From contig DATFIZ010000108.1 of assembly GCA_035269575.1 (NCBI GenBank), positions 370-64,369 on the forward strand: a DNA stretch of 64,000 bases, read 5' to 3'. The notes beneath the pieces were generated by a model. The model had not been told where the DNA came from and did no database searches. It saw only the letters and a program-made list of their open reading frames with translations. Numbering within the stretch: the stretch's first letter is position 1; the number at the start of each line of letters is the position of its first letter. The position numbers and the translations under genes are program-made. Below, piece after piece: positions 29,229 through 39,144 of this stretch. The DNA comes from Bacteroidales bacterium (lineage in GTDB: Bacteria; Bacteroidota; Bacteroidia; Bacteroidales; UBA12077).

Positions 29229-32200
29229 TTATTTTTCTTTTTCTTGTATATATCCCATTACAACGTTAGAAACGGCTCGGGGTTGCGGCGGAAGAGAAAA
29301 AACATTTTCTTCGTATCGGCTGTTATAAGGAGAAATATTTAATGTTTCTCCGTTAACCACGAGCGTGCTGCTTCCTCCGGGGTCGAATCCCATCCCTTTT
29401 TCTATATTAAACTTTTTTAAAATTTCTGCCATATTCAGGTGCGTAGCACCAACCGATTCACGTATACGCCCGTTAATCGCCAGTACCAAAAGATTTCCTT
29501 TTTCATCTATTCCGGCAGCAATTTTCGGTCCGCGCATATCCGTATAATCTAATCGGGCAGCCTGCGTTTTAATTGAATGTTGTGTTTTCCATCCTTCTAC
29601 TTCCATATCCAGGCAGGTTTTGCCCTTATCAATTAACATAGGCCCGGCTTCAACAGCATGGACAATATTATCCAGTCCATTAATTTTTAAATCAACCTCA
29701 TCGCCAACGTTCCAGTCGCCGGGAAATTTTTCTTTAGGAAATGCCAGGGTTAAACCTACCGGAATAATCTTAATGGTCTGACTTTCTTGAGTTTTCACAA
29801 TATCTTTTATCGTATTTCCGGCCAAACGCACAAAAATTTTTCCCTGAGCAGATATTTCATCTTTATCATACATCAAATCAAAAAAAGCAGGATTTTCATT
29901 ATCCGATTCGTTATTGTATTGAGACTTAGAAAACTCTACAGAAACTGTTCCACGTGAAACGCAGATACCTTTTGAACAATTTACCCGAAAGATATCAACA
30001 CCATGATCGGTAAAAACCAATGCAGGCTTATTAAATAAAGGAGCACTTAACACTTTTCCATCAGCTATTAACAATCCCAGGGGTGAACCAATATAGGATT
30101 CGGGCAAGCCCAGCTTTCCAACAAGCTCTGGATTAAGTATATAACCTCCATTCCATCCTATTTTTACCGACTTATTATTCTTTTTCTCAAAATCAGTAAT
30201 AAAAGAGGTTACCGTTTGGGTTTTATCCGACGACTGAATAACAAATCCCCAGTTTGCTTTATTTAATTCAGTTTTTGCAATGACTCCATTCCATGGCATT
30301 TTATCCTCATAAACTCCGCTTACAAATTCATATGAAACTACATCGGAAGCTCTATCAGACACCAATAAATCGCCTATCACTTTTTTTACCGGCGACATTT
30401 TGGTCTGCGCATCTTTACGTAAAATATCATAGACTTTCTTTTCTCCATATTTATCAATGGCTTTTTTAAACTCATCGCTTTTTAAATAATCATGAAAATC
30501 TTTTGCTGTTTGAACGGGTATAGGATAAGCTAATGTAACTCGCATACCGGCAGGAACATACTGAATAAACCCTGTATTCATCGGTATTCCCATAATCGAC
30601 TCTGTAATACGGTCTTCAATTTTCCCTATATGAAATCTTTCTATATCAACAATATCAGTCATTACAGCCGCTTCTGTCCGATTAGAAATGATAAATCCTT
30701 TTTCTTTTTTTACCTTGCGCAGTACTTTTAAACCCTCATCACCCAATTGATTAAAATGAATACCTACACACCACTGATGAATATCTACCACCTGCAAAAT
30801 TTTATGTTTATATAGTCGTTTTAACTCTTCATCATTTCCTTGTGAAATAAATGTTTCAATACTATTCCGGTTATAATTTTCGATGGTCGTTTTGGTACTC
30901 GCCATGATATATATAGGTGAAATGTACTCAGAACAACCTTTTAATGTATCTTCTGTTAATTCTTCATCGATTTTTAATTCCAGCCTTGATCGAACAGATT
31001 GTAACACAAAAAATTCAATCTCATTTTTTATATATTTGCCGGGAAAGTAAGCAATAGGAACGTTTGACTGCAATTTTTTAATTAAAAATTTCCTGTCATC
31101 AATCCCTAAGTAAGTGCTTGATGTTAATTGTGATAAAGCCAAATCAAAATCAGTAAAAAAGTGTGCATTTACATCAATTTCAGGTTTCTCTTCCCTTTTA
31201 ATTATTTCATGATATAGCATGTTAATTAATCCGCTTAATTCCTGGATAGTAAAGTCCTGATAAGGATAATTGTACTTATTACGATGACGATAAGGTAGCG
31301 AATGGTCATGACGAATATTCACTTCACCCTGGTGATATAAGAAGATATTTTCTACCGTATTAAAAAATTGACAGACTTTCCGGGGGTTAATTTCATTTCT
31401 GTTTTTCTGCAACAATAGCCTTGCATATTGAAAGGCTTTACCACGAAAAAACTGCTCTTCTACTCTGAAATAGCTGGGATCAATAAGCGATTTTAATAAA
31501 ATCATAAATCGTAAACGTCCAAAACCCGGCAAATATTCTCGGTTTTGGGTGTCTACTATGGCTTCGAAATCAGCATTAGTATAATTTATAATCTGCTGAT
31601 AAGATTTAATAGCTTTCTTCGTTTTATTTAATGCGGTGGTATTTGAAGATAACTGATAATAAAACTTTTGGCAAATATCATCAAAATTTAATTTCAGTGA
31701 TTTTAAACTATATCTTTTATCCACAACCAGCTGATTATGTGCAATAATACGAGTAAACTGATGAGGAAAAAAAACACTCTCCATAATTCTTTTGGTATGT
31801 TTTTTCGTGATATTTTTTCCGTCAAATTCAATGACTTTAAGCCGGTCCTGATAAGGAAGGTGCTCTCCAATCACTTCGGAATATACATTTTCGGGATAAT
31901 AGCGACTACAAAAAATTGGGGTCCCGCAGGCGGTGGCTTCAATAATAGGCAAACCGCGACCTTCGGTTTTACTCGGTAGTAAAACTAACGAAGCAATATT
32001 GTACAATTCCGGTATTCCTACCGGGTCATCAAACTTTTCCTTAAATGTTTTATTATCCAGCTCGCTAAATAAAAAGGCTAAAAATACTTTATTACGGATT
32101 TTGGGTTCCAGATTTTTTAATAATTGTTGAAAACGATTAAGCAATTGCTTAAAATATTCGAAGTGTCCTGCAGCAATAGGGCCGGTAATTAAAAGCGTAA

Positions 32201-33401
32201 GCTTAAGATTCTTTGTTTCCTTAAAACGGTTATAAAAATCTTCTTCATCAAAAAGTTTCTTAACCAAACTAAATCCTATTTCAATTCGTTTACGGGCAAT
32301 AATACGTGTAGGCTGCAAAAAAATAATATTTTCATTTAAAAATTTTGGTAATGGTTTCGTTTTTCGGGCTCCTACCAAAATAGGTCTTATAGAATCGGGA
32401 GAAATCAGATTACTTTCCAATACATCTTTCACTGAATAACTTATCAACGTATCCTGGTAACGACTTAAAATTTTTTCAAATTGATAAAAGGTGCTGATTT
32501 TTTTTCTCTTCGTAGTATTTTGATATTCATTCGTATCAACGGCAGTTCCTATTTCGGTTACATTGGCCGGATTTATTCCGTTAATTTTAATCAATCGTTC
32601 AGTTTGTTGTTGATTGATATTAACATGCATCCATATTCTTGAATCCCAGGGATATAACATTTCAATAATTGAAAAAAATTCGCCTACATGTGCATTTTTA
32701 AAAAAGAAATCACGGGGTCCATCGGGTAAATGATATACTTTTTTATTAATTTCTTTGTTTCCGCTTTCCCAGTAAAAATCGTGGCTATTATTTATGACCG
32801 GAATTTTTAAATATTCGGAAAGTAAAGTAACGGCCAGGGCTAAAGAAACATTACCCGGATTTGAACATACATTAATCAAATAAAGCAATTGAATATTTTT
32901 ATCTACAATATAATTTCCCAGTTCCCTGACAATTTGTAAGGTTTCTTTCCAGAATTTAATGATTAATTCATTATATTCTTTACTACCACGTTCTAAATGT
33001 GTAAAGAAAAAATCTTTATACAATTTCCAGTCTTCAAAACCTTGTATGGATTCTAATTCAAACTTTTTAACATATTCAGGTATCATTTTTTTTGATTCAG
33101 GAAAAAATTTACCTGCTATATAATGAATGTTTGATGTGTTATATTTTTCCTTAAAAATTTGACTATATTTTTTTACCTCAATACTAACACCATCTATGGC
33201 ATACTGAAAGGTTAAAAAGGCAATGTTTGATTGACACAAAAATTCTTTAAAATCTATATAGCTACCGCTAAACTTAAATTTTGGCACCTCCCTGTTTTCT
33301 TTTATCTCATCTAAAAACAAACCTAAGTCAAACCAGGTATGGATGTTTTTATTTTCTAAATCTCTGAGTAATAATTTTATTATTTCATCCCTTTTTTCCA
33401 T
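29229..33401 (-). CDS. Large multidomain protein: N-terminal GT4-like glycosyltransferase, unassigned middle, C-terminal phosphodiester glycosidase (NAGPA/DUF2233-like)
   Basis: Uninterrupted 1390-aa ORF. GT-B motifs include SKTEGRGLPIIEATACGTPIF. The C-terminal region has AAGIDEKGNLLVLAINGR...GFDPGGSSTLVVNG, resembling the DGGGSS signature of phosphodiester glycosidases. Confidence 0.7.
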   Translation of the reverse strand: MEKRDEIIKLLLRDLENKNIHTWFDLGLFLDEIKENREVPKFKFSGSYIDFKEFLCQSNIAFLTFQYAIDGVSIEVKKYSQIFKEKYNTSNIHYIAGKFFPESKKMIPEYVKKFELESIQGFEDWKLYKDFFFTHLERGSKEYNELIIKFWKETLQIVRELGNYIVDKNIQLLYLINVCSNPGNVSLALAVTLLSEYLKIPVINNSHDFYWESGNKEINKKVYHLPDGPRDFFFKNAHVGEFFSIIEMLYPWDSRIWMHVNINQQQTERLIKINGINPANVTEIGTAVDTNEYQNTTKRKKISTFYQFEKILSRYQDTLISYSVKDVLESNLISPDSIRPILVGARKTKPLPKFLNENIIFLQPTRIIARKRIEIGFSLVKKLFDEEDFYNRFKETKNLKLTLLITGPIAAGHFEYFKQLLNRFQQLLKNLEPKIRNKVFLAFLFSELDNKTFKEKFDDPVGIPELYNIASLVLLPSKTEGRGLPIIEATACGTPIFCSRYYPENVYSEVIGEHLPYQDRLKVIEFDGKNITKKHTKRIMESVFFPHQFTRIIAHNQLVVDKRYSLKSLKLNFDDICQKFYYQLSSNTTALNKTKKAIKSYQQIINYTNADFEAIVDTQNREYLPGFGRLRFMILLKSLIDPSYFRVEEQFFRGKAFQYARLLLQKNRNEINPRKVCQFFNTVENIFLYHQGEVNIRHDHSLPYRHRNKYNYPYQDFTIQELSGLINMLYHEIIKREEKPEIDVNAHFFTDFDLALSQLTSSTYLGIDDRKFLIKKLQSNVPIAYFPGKYIKNEIEFFVLQSVRSRLELKIDEELTEDTLKGCSEYISPIYIMASTKTTIENYNRNSIETFISQGNDEELKRLYKHKILQVVDIHQWCVGIHFNQLGDEGLKVLRKVKKEKGFIISNRTEAAVMTDIVDIERFHIGKIEDRITESIMGIPMNTGFIQYVPAGMRVTLAYPIPVQTAKDFHDYLKSDEFKKAIDKYGEKKVYDILRKDAQTKMSPVKKVIGDLLVSDRASDVVSYEFVSGVYEDKMPWNGVIAKTELNKANWGFVIQSSDKTQTVTSFITDFEKKNNKSVKIGWNGGYILNPELVGKLGLPESYIGSPLGLLIADGKVLSAPLFNKPALVFTDHGVDIFRVNCSKGICVSRGTVSVEFSKSQYNNESDNENPAFFDLMYDKDEISAQGKIFVRLAGNTIKDIVKTQESQTIKIIPVGLTLAFPKEKFPGDWNVGDEVDLKINGLDNIVHAVEAGPMLIDKGKTCLDMEVEGWKTQHSIKTQAARLDYTDMRGPKIAAGIDEKGNLLVLAINGRIRESVGATHLNMAEILKKFNIEKGMGFDPGGSSTLVVNGETLNISPYNSRYEENVFSLPPQPRAVSNVVMGYIQEKEK

Positions 33402-33565
33402 AGCTGTTTATTTTTTTCTTACTGGGTTATAACTATTATTTAGTACACTAAAAATAGTACTGATAGATTGTTTAAAAATTAGGTTAAAAAATTAGTGTTT
33501 TATAAGTTACAAAATTTAATTTTATATTCGCATGAATCTCAATAAAAACAAAATCCATTGTTAGA

Positions 33566-33952
33566 ATGAAACCATTAAATTATTGGAAACCATCGCTGGT
33601 ATCATTTATCATTTTATATGGAAGTATTACTTCAGGAAAAAATTTAGATTCTATTTCTTTCTTTAATTTTCCATATACAGATAAGGTAATGCACATGCTT
33701 TTATATTTTGTTTTAACGCTTACTTTCCTTGCTTCTTTTATACGCTCTGGTAAACGAACAAAATCAGATCATATTATTATTACTTTTGTGTGGGTTGTAA
33801 GTTATGGTATGCTTATGGAAGTTTTGCAGTTTTATTTTACCCAAACCCGGTCTGTAGAAGTTATGGATATATTAGCAAATACTATTGGCTGTATTTTTGC
33901 TCTCTTTTTCTACCCTTACATTAAAAAAGGGGATTGTAAAAAATTACTATAA
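33566..33952 (+). CDS. VanZ family membrane protein
   Basis: 128 aa with about four TM helices and DKVMHMLLYFVL and EVLQ motifs typical of VanZ-like proteins. Confidence 0.7.
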   Translation: MKPLNYWKPSLVSFIILYGSITSGKNLDSISFFNFPYTDKVMHMLLYFVLTLTFLASFIRSGKRTKSDHIIITFVWVVSYGMLMEVLQFYFTQTRSVEVMDILANTIGCIFALFFYPYIKKGDCKKLL

Positions 33953-34390
33953 TCCTATTTTTCCGTCCGACGCTTCAATTTCTTCTTTTAGTTTTTCTAT
34001 CGTCTCCGTATTAAACAAATCATAGATTTGTCTGCTTATAGGCTCATATTTATGATGAATTGGGCATTGGACATTATCGTGAGTGGTTGGTTTACAGGTA
34101 CGTAAGCCAATTAAACAGGTATTAAAAAAATCGAGTCCGTCTATTACTTCTACAATATTTAATAATGTAATATCTTTTGCCGGTTTAGCAAGTCCAAATC
34201 CACCGTGCGGACCTTTTGTTGAACTTAATAATTTATTTTTGGCTAGTGTTTGTAATATTTTACCTAAAAAAGGGGTAGGAATATCTAATTCTTTCGAAAT
34301 TTCTTTTATTCCTATTTTTTTCTCTTCACCTCCGTTTAGAGATAAATAAATTACTGCCCTTATTGCATATTTACATGTATTGGATAACAT
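33947..34390 (-). CDS. Rrf2 family transcriptional regulator (three-Cys, probable Fe-S type)
   Basis: 147 aa with N-terminal wHTH MLSNTCKYAIRAVIYLS and a Cys triad in NTCLIGLRTCKPTTHDNVQCPIH. Confidence 0.9.
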   Translation of the reverse strand: MLSNTCKYAIRAVIYLSLNGGEEKKIGIKEISKELDIPTPFLGKILQTLAKNKLLSSTKGPHGGFGLAKPAKDITLLNIVEVIDGLDFFNTCLIGLRTCKPTTHDNVQCPIHHKYEPISRQIYDLFNTETIEKLKEEIEASDGKIGL

Positions 34391-34402
34391 TGCTCAATAT
34401 TT

Positions 34403-34849
34403 TTAATGAATGGGAATTTTTTCTATTCTCCGTTGATGTCTTCCTCCTTCAAAGTTAGTATTTAAAAACACATCTACAATTTCCTGCGCTAAATCATAAG
34501 AAATATAACGTGCGGGCAACGAACAAACATTGGCATCATTATGTAAACGGGCAAATTTGGCTATTTCTTTATTCCAACAAAGTGCCGAACGTATACCCTG
34601 ATGTTTATTGGCTGTCATACTAATTCCATTTCCACTTCCACAAAGGGTAATACCAAAAGTATATTCTCCTTTTTCAACAGCTGTTGCCAAGGGGTGAGCA
34701 TAATCAGGATAATCAGTACTTTCATTCGAAGAGGTTCCAAAATCTTTTAGAGTATATCCTTTATTTTTGAGATATTGTTTTAATTGCTCTTTATATTCAT
34801 ATCCTGCATGATCACCTGCTATTGCTATTGAATTTTTTTTACTCTCCAT
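34403..34849 (-). CDS. rpiB: Ribose-5-phosphate isomerase B
   Basis: 148 aa of the LacAB/RpiB family with CGSGNGISMTANKH. Confidence 0.9.
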   Translation of the reverse strand: MESKKNSIAIAGDHAGYEYKEQLKQYLKNKGYTLKDFGTSSNESTDYPDYAHPLATAVEKGEYTFGITLCGSGNGISMTANKHQGIRSALCWNKEIAKFARLHNDANVCSLPARYISYDLAQEIVDVFLNTNFEGGRHQRRIEKIPIH

Positions 34850-35468
34850 AATAAAATGTAATTATTTAATTTACAGTATTCAAATTTAACCAATATATTT
34901 ATTTTATTATAAATATTTTAAAATAACAATTTTTATAAATTTATATAATTAAGATTTACAGTAAAATAAAATGTATCATTCAACAATATAGTATCAATGA
35001 AATATTTTAAAGATTTAATTCATAAATACTTAAATTAACTTACTTATTTTTTACTTAATGTTAATTTTTTGGTTAATTTTTGTTAAATCAGTGTTAATTA
35101 AAGTCGATAAATATTTAAAATTATTATTTGAAATTGTAAAAGGGTATTCTATATAAAATTTTTTATCATTTATCAAAAATATTTTTTTAGTTTTGACGCA
35201 CAAATTTCAAACATTTTTTTAACTATAAAAGTTAATTTTTAACCAAAAAGTTTTAACTGTTTATCCGTATTAACAACATGTTAATAATAGCTTTAAAAAT
35301 CTATAAATCAAAACAATAAAGTTAATTTTCATTGTTAAAACAGGTTTAACAACTTTTTAATATTATAAAAGTCAAGTGTATTATTAAAAATTTTAGAACA
35401 ATATTAACAGGATATCATTATTATCATATAGAGATAAATTTTAAATCATTAAATATAATATATATAAT
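34850..35468. promoter_or_regulatory. Unusually long, extremely AT-rich divergent control region with GTTAA/TTAAC half-site arrays
   Basis: 619 bp with no ORF of 60 aa or more in any frame. Hand counts on three 60-nt lines give 10-15% G+C. There are 8 GTTAA and 8 TTAAC pentamers. Four same-orientation copies are spaced 10-12 bp apart (35060-35097). Three inverted pairs lie at 35231-35243, 35268-35286 and 35334-35350. Confidence 0.45.
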
Positions 35469-36464
35469 ATGAATGTTGAAAAAGATATTTTAGCCAAAGG
35501 GTTCATCGATAAAAAACCAGATAATAATATCCATATTTTAGATGAAATTAACCACCTGAAAAAAGAAAAAAATGCAATTATTTTAGCGCATTATTACCAA
35601 ACATCAGATATTCAGGATTTAGCCGACTTTGTGGGTGATAGTTTAGCATTGTCTCAAAAAGCTGCAGAAACAGATGCTGATATAATACTATTTGCAGGAG
35701 TTCATTTTATGGCCGAAACGGCAAAAATTCTTTCTCCCGAATCCAAAGTGTTAATTCCTGATTTAAATGCCGGTTGTTCATTAGCTGATTCTTGTCCACC
35801 GGATGAATTTGAAGCTTTTGTAAAAAAACATCCTGACCATTTAGTGATTTCTTATGTAAATACAACAGCTAAAATAAAAACTTTAACGGATATTTGTTGT
35901 ACTTCAACGAATGCTTTAAAAATTGTGGAATCATTACCGGAAAATAAAAAAATTATTTTTGCTCCGGATAAAAATCTTGGAAATTATATTCAAAGAGTTA
36001 CCGGCCGTGATATGGTTATTTGGGATGGTGCATGTCATGTGCATGAAGAATTTTCTTTAGAAGGAATTTTAGATTTAAAAAAACATTATCCCCATGCAAA
36101 AATTATTTCTCATCCCGAATGCAAAAAACCAGTTCAATTGGTTTCTGATTTTGTAGGTTCTACGGCAGCTCTTTTAAAATTCACTAAATCAGATAATAGC
36201 AAAGAATATATTGTAGCAACAGAATCAGGAATTTTACATCAAATGGAAAAACAAAATCCTGAAAAAACATATATCGTTGCACCTCCTAAAGATTCTACCT
36301 GTGGGTGTAATGATTGTAATTTTATGAAACTAATAACGGTAAATAAAATTTATAATACTTTAAAATATGAACTTCCTGAGGTAATTTTAGATGATGATAC
36401 CATAAAAAAAGCCCGCAAATCTATTGATAAAATGTTGGAAATTTCTAAAAAATATAATTTGTAG
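35469..36464 (+). CDS. nadA: Quinolinate synthase
   Basis: 331 aa with ILAHYYQ, FAGVHFMAETAKIL and the Cys ligand contexts AGCSLAD, ACHVHEEF and CGCNDCNFMK. Confidence 0.95.
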   Translation: MNVEKDILAKGFIDKKPDNNIHILDEINHLKKEKNAIILAHYYQTSDIQDLADFVGDSLALSQKAAETDADIILFAGVHFMAETAKILSPESKVLIPDLNAGCSLADSCPPDEFEAFVKKHPDHLVISYVNTTAKIKTLTDICCTSTNALKIVESLPENKKIIFAPDKNLGNYIQRVTGRDMVIWDGACHVHEEFSLEGILDLKKHYPHAKIISHPECKKPVQLVSDFVGSTAALLKFTKSDNSKEYIVATESGILHQMEKQNPEKTYIVAPPKDSTCGCNDCNFMKLITVNKIYNTLKYELPEVILDDDTIKKARKSIDKMLEISKKYNL

Positions 36465-36482
36465 CAGTTTTTAATTCAATGA

Positions 36483-36511
36483 AAAGCAGGGCTTATATCC
36501 CTGCTTTTTTT
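36483..36511 (+). terminator. Rho-independent terminator after nadA
   Basis: 9-bp perfect stem aaagcaggg/ccctgcttt with loop cttatat, followed by a T-run. Confidence 0.8.
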
Positions 36512-36542
36512 ATATCTTTAAAAAATCTTTAAATTTTTAAGG

Positions 36543-38087
36543 ATGAAAAATTTAATTTTTATCTTTTCTTTATTTTTTTCTGTTCAGTTTGCTTTTGGAC
36601 AATCAAAATCAGATACTGTTTATAAAGAATTTTTTCATGGTAATGGACAAATAGCCAGTAAAGGATATTTAATGAATGGAATTCCAGAAGGGTTATGGAA
36701 ATCATATCATATGAGTGGTGTACGAAGGTCTATAGGAAAATGGAAAAATGGAAAACTCGATAGTACCTGGTTATTTTTTAGTCATACAGGTGATACTTCC
36801 AAAAAAATTAATTATTTACAAGGTAAAAAAAATGGTTATGCTTTAGAATATTATTCTGTATCTGATAATGGAGAATTAATAATAAAAACGAAAGAGTTAT
36901 ATGTTAATGATAAAAGAACCGGAAAATCATATCATTATTATCCTAATGGAAAATTAAAAAAAATTATTCCTTTTACTGATGATGTTAAAAATGGATTAGC
37001 CCTGGAATTTGATGTTGACAGTAATATCATTGTTATTACCCGCTACCGCAATAATGAGATCATTTTACATGAAGAAATTAACCGGTATAATAAGCAGGGT
37101 GAAAAAAAAGGAATTTGGAAAGTGTTTTATCCTAACGGAACGATAAAAGAAGAAAAAGAATACATCAATGGACAGTTAAATGGAATTTTTAAAATTTATA
37201 ATAAAGATGGTTTCTTAATCAATGCTTTACAGTATGAAAATGGAGAAATAATTGATAAAACTGATGATTTTACTACTGATATTGATGTTAGAGAAGAGTA
37301 TGATAAAAATGAGAATCTAATTTTTCAGGGAAGTTACTTGAATCAAAAACCTATTGGGGTTCATCGATATTTTGATAAAAAGGGTAATGTTATTCAATCA
37401 AAAACCTATAATACTTATTATCAATTAATAAGTGAAGGAATTGTAACGTTGGATGGAAAAAAACAGGGAGCATGGATTGATTATTATCCTGATGGCAAAA
37501 TAAAAGCAAAAGGATATTACCAAAATGGGGTAAAAACCGGCAAATGGATTTTTTATTTTTCCAAAGGAAACATAGAACAAACCGGTACATATACGAACGG
37601 TAAATTATCCGGTAGTTGGAAATGGTATTTTAAAAACGGGCAGCTTCGTAAAGAAGAATTTTATATTTACGGATTACCTGATGGTGAATCGATTGAATAT
37701 TCAGATTCAGGAACTGTAATTGCAAAAGGAAATTATATTCAGGGTGAAAAAGAAGGTACATGGAATTATGATATTGGAGATCAAAATGAAACCGGAAAAT
37801 ATGTTATGGGATTAAAAGATGGAAAATGGGTTAGATATTACAAATCGAATCAGGAATTAGCTTATGAAGGAATATTTTTACAGGGAAGCAAGGATGGAAA
37901 ACAGATTTATTATTATCCCAACGGTAATGTTAAAGAAATTCAATATTATGAAGCAGGAAAAAAAATAAAATCCTGGGCCAAATATGATGAAAAAGGAGAA
38001 TTATTTCTTGTCGTGCAATACAATCAAGATAAAATTTATAAAATTAACGGAGTAAAAATAGATTTTACAAATAATACCGACCAATAG
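36543..38087 (+). CDS. Secreted MORN-variant repeat protein (YwqK-like repeats)
   Basis: 514 aa with signal peptide [20 protein letters not shown]. It carries many roughly 23-aa units of the form G.W..YY.NG.....G.Y.NG...G.W. Confidence 0.75.
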   Translation: MKNLIFIFSLFFSVQFAFGQSKSDTVYKEFFHGNGQIASKGYLMNGIPEGLWKSYHMSGVRRSIGKWKNGKLDSTWLFFSHTGDTSKKINYLQGKKNGYALEYYSVSDNGELIIKTKELYVNDKRTGKSYHYYPNGKLKKIIPFTDDVKNGLALEFDVDSNIIVITRYRNNEIILHEEINRYNKQGEKKGIWKVFYPNGTIKEEKEYINGQLNGIFKIYNKDGFLINALQYENGEIIDKTDDFTTDIDVREEYDKNENLIFQGSYLNQKPIGVHRYFDKKGNVIQSKTYNTYYQLISEGIVTLDGKKQGAWIDYYPDGKIKAKGYYQNGVKTGKWIFYFSKGNIEQTGTYTNGKLSGSWKWYFKNGQLRKEEFYIYGLPDGESIEYSDSGTVIAKGNYIQGEKEGTWNYDIGDQNETGKYVMGLKDGKWVRYYKSNQELAYEGIFLQGSKDGKQIYYYPNGNVKEIQYYEAGKKIKSWAKYDEKGELFLVVQYNQDKIYKINGVKIDFTNNTDQ

Positions 38088-38118
38088 ATTTGTTAAATTT
38101 GCAGAGAAATATATTTAC

Positions 38119-39144
38119 ATGGATGAATTTAATATAAGGGAAGAAAATTATTTAGACCGCGACCGGGAGTTTGAAATAAAACTCAGGCCTTTAAATTTTA
38201 ATGATTTTAAGGGACAGTTTAAAGTGGTAGAAAATTTACAGGTATTTGTGAAAGCGGCTAAAATGCGATCCGAAGCATTAGACCATGTTTTATTGCATGG
38301 TCCTCCGGGATTAGGTAAAACGACTCTTGCCAATATTATAGCGAATGAATTAAATGTAAATTTAAAACTTACCTCAGGACCTGTTTTAGATAAACCCGGT
38401 GATCTAGCGGGATTATTAACTAATTTGGAAGAAGGTGATGTTTTGTTTATTGATGAAATTCACCGTTTAAGTCCGGTGGTAGAAGAATACCTTTATTCGG
38501 CTATGGAAGATTATAAAATTGACATCATGATTGATAAGGGTCCCAGTGCACGAAGTGTTCAAATTGATCTTAATCCTTTTACTTTAATCGGGGCAACCAC
38601 ACGTTCAGGATTATTAACCAGCCCGTTGCGTGCACGTTTTGGTATTAGTTTACATTTAGAGTATTACGATCATGATACCTTAAGCAGAATTATTAAACGT
38701 TCATCAAAAATATTAAATGTAGATGTTGCAGCCAATGCAGCTGACGAAATTTCGTCCCGTTCACGTGGAACACCCCGAATTGCAAATGCTTTATTGCGAA
38801 GGGTCCGTGATTTTGCACAGGTAAAAGGCAATGGAAAAATAGATATTGAAATTTCACGATATGCTTTAACGGCTCTTAATATTGATAAACATGGTTTGGA
38901 TGAAATGGATAATAAAATTTTATTAACTATAATAGATAAATTTAGCGGCGGACCGGTTGGACTTAATACCATTTCAACGGCTATTGGGGAAGATAGTGGT
39001 ACAATTGAAGAAGTATATGAACCGTTTTTAATAAAAGAGGGATTTTTGAAGCGAACACCACGTGGGAGAGAGGCTACAGCATTTGCGTATAAACATTTAA
39101 ACCGGGTACAGGAGCGAGGCGATCAGCAAAATCTTTTTAATTAA
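38119..39144 (+). CDS. ruvB: Holliday junction branch migration DNA helicase RuvB
   Basis: 341 aa with Walker [10 protein letters not shown], Walker B LFIDEIH and sensor [15 protein letters not shown]. Confidence 0.95.
   Translation: MDEFNIREENYLDRDREFEIKLRPLNFNDFKGQFKVVENLQVFVKAAKMRSEALDHVLLHGPPGLGKTTLANIIANELNVNLKLTSGPVLDKPGDLAGLLTNLEEGDVLFIDEIHRLSPVVEEYLYSAMEDYKIDIMIDKGPSARSVQIDLNPFTLIGATTRSGLLTSPLRARFGISLHLEYYDHDTLSRIIKRSSKILNVDVAANAADEISSRSRGTPRIANALLRRVRDFAQVKGNGKIDIEISRYALTALNIDKHGLDEMDNKILLTIIDKFSGGPVGLNTISTAIGEDSGTIEEVYEPFLIKEGFLKRTPRGREATAFAYKHLNRVQERGDQQNLFN

Noticed and set aside
35058-35159. 33-codon ORF (MLIFWLIFVKSVLIKVDKYLKLLFEIVKGYSI) inside the AT-rich spacer as a small membrane peptide.
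   Set aside because: Its length is within what chance allows given the many possible starts. It coincides with the phased GTTAA repeats, which explain the sequence better, and I saw no supporting translation-start context.
34850-35468. The AT-rich spacer as a chromosomal replication origin.
   Set aside because: I found no perfect DnaA box (TTATCCACA or its complement). The closest is ttatccgta, with two mismatches. There is no dnaA or dnaN nearby.
36543-38087. MORN/YwqK-like repeat protein as the antitoxin of a toxin-antitoxin pair.
   Set aside because: No adjacent toxin-like gene is present (the neighbours are nadA and ruvB), and the protein has a signal peptide.
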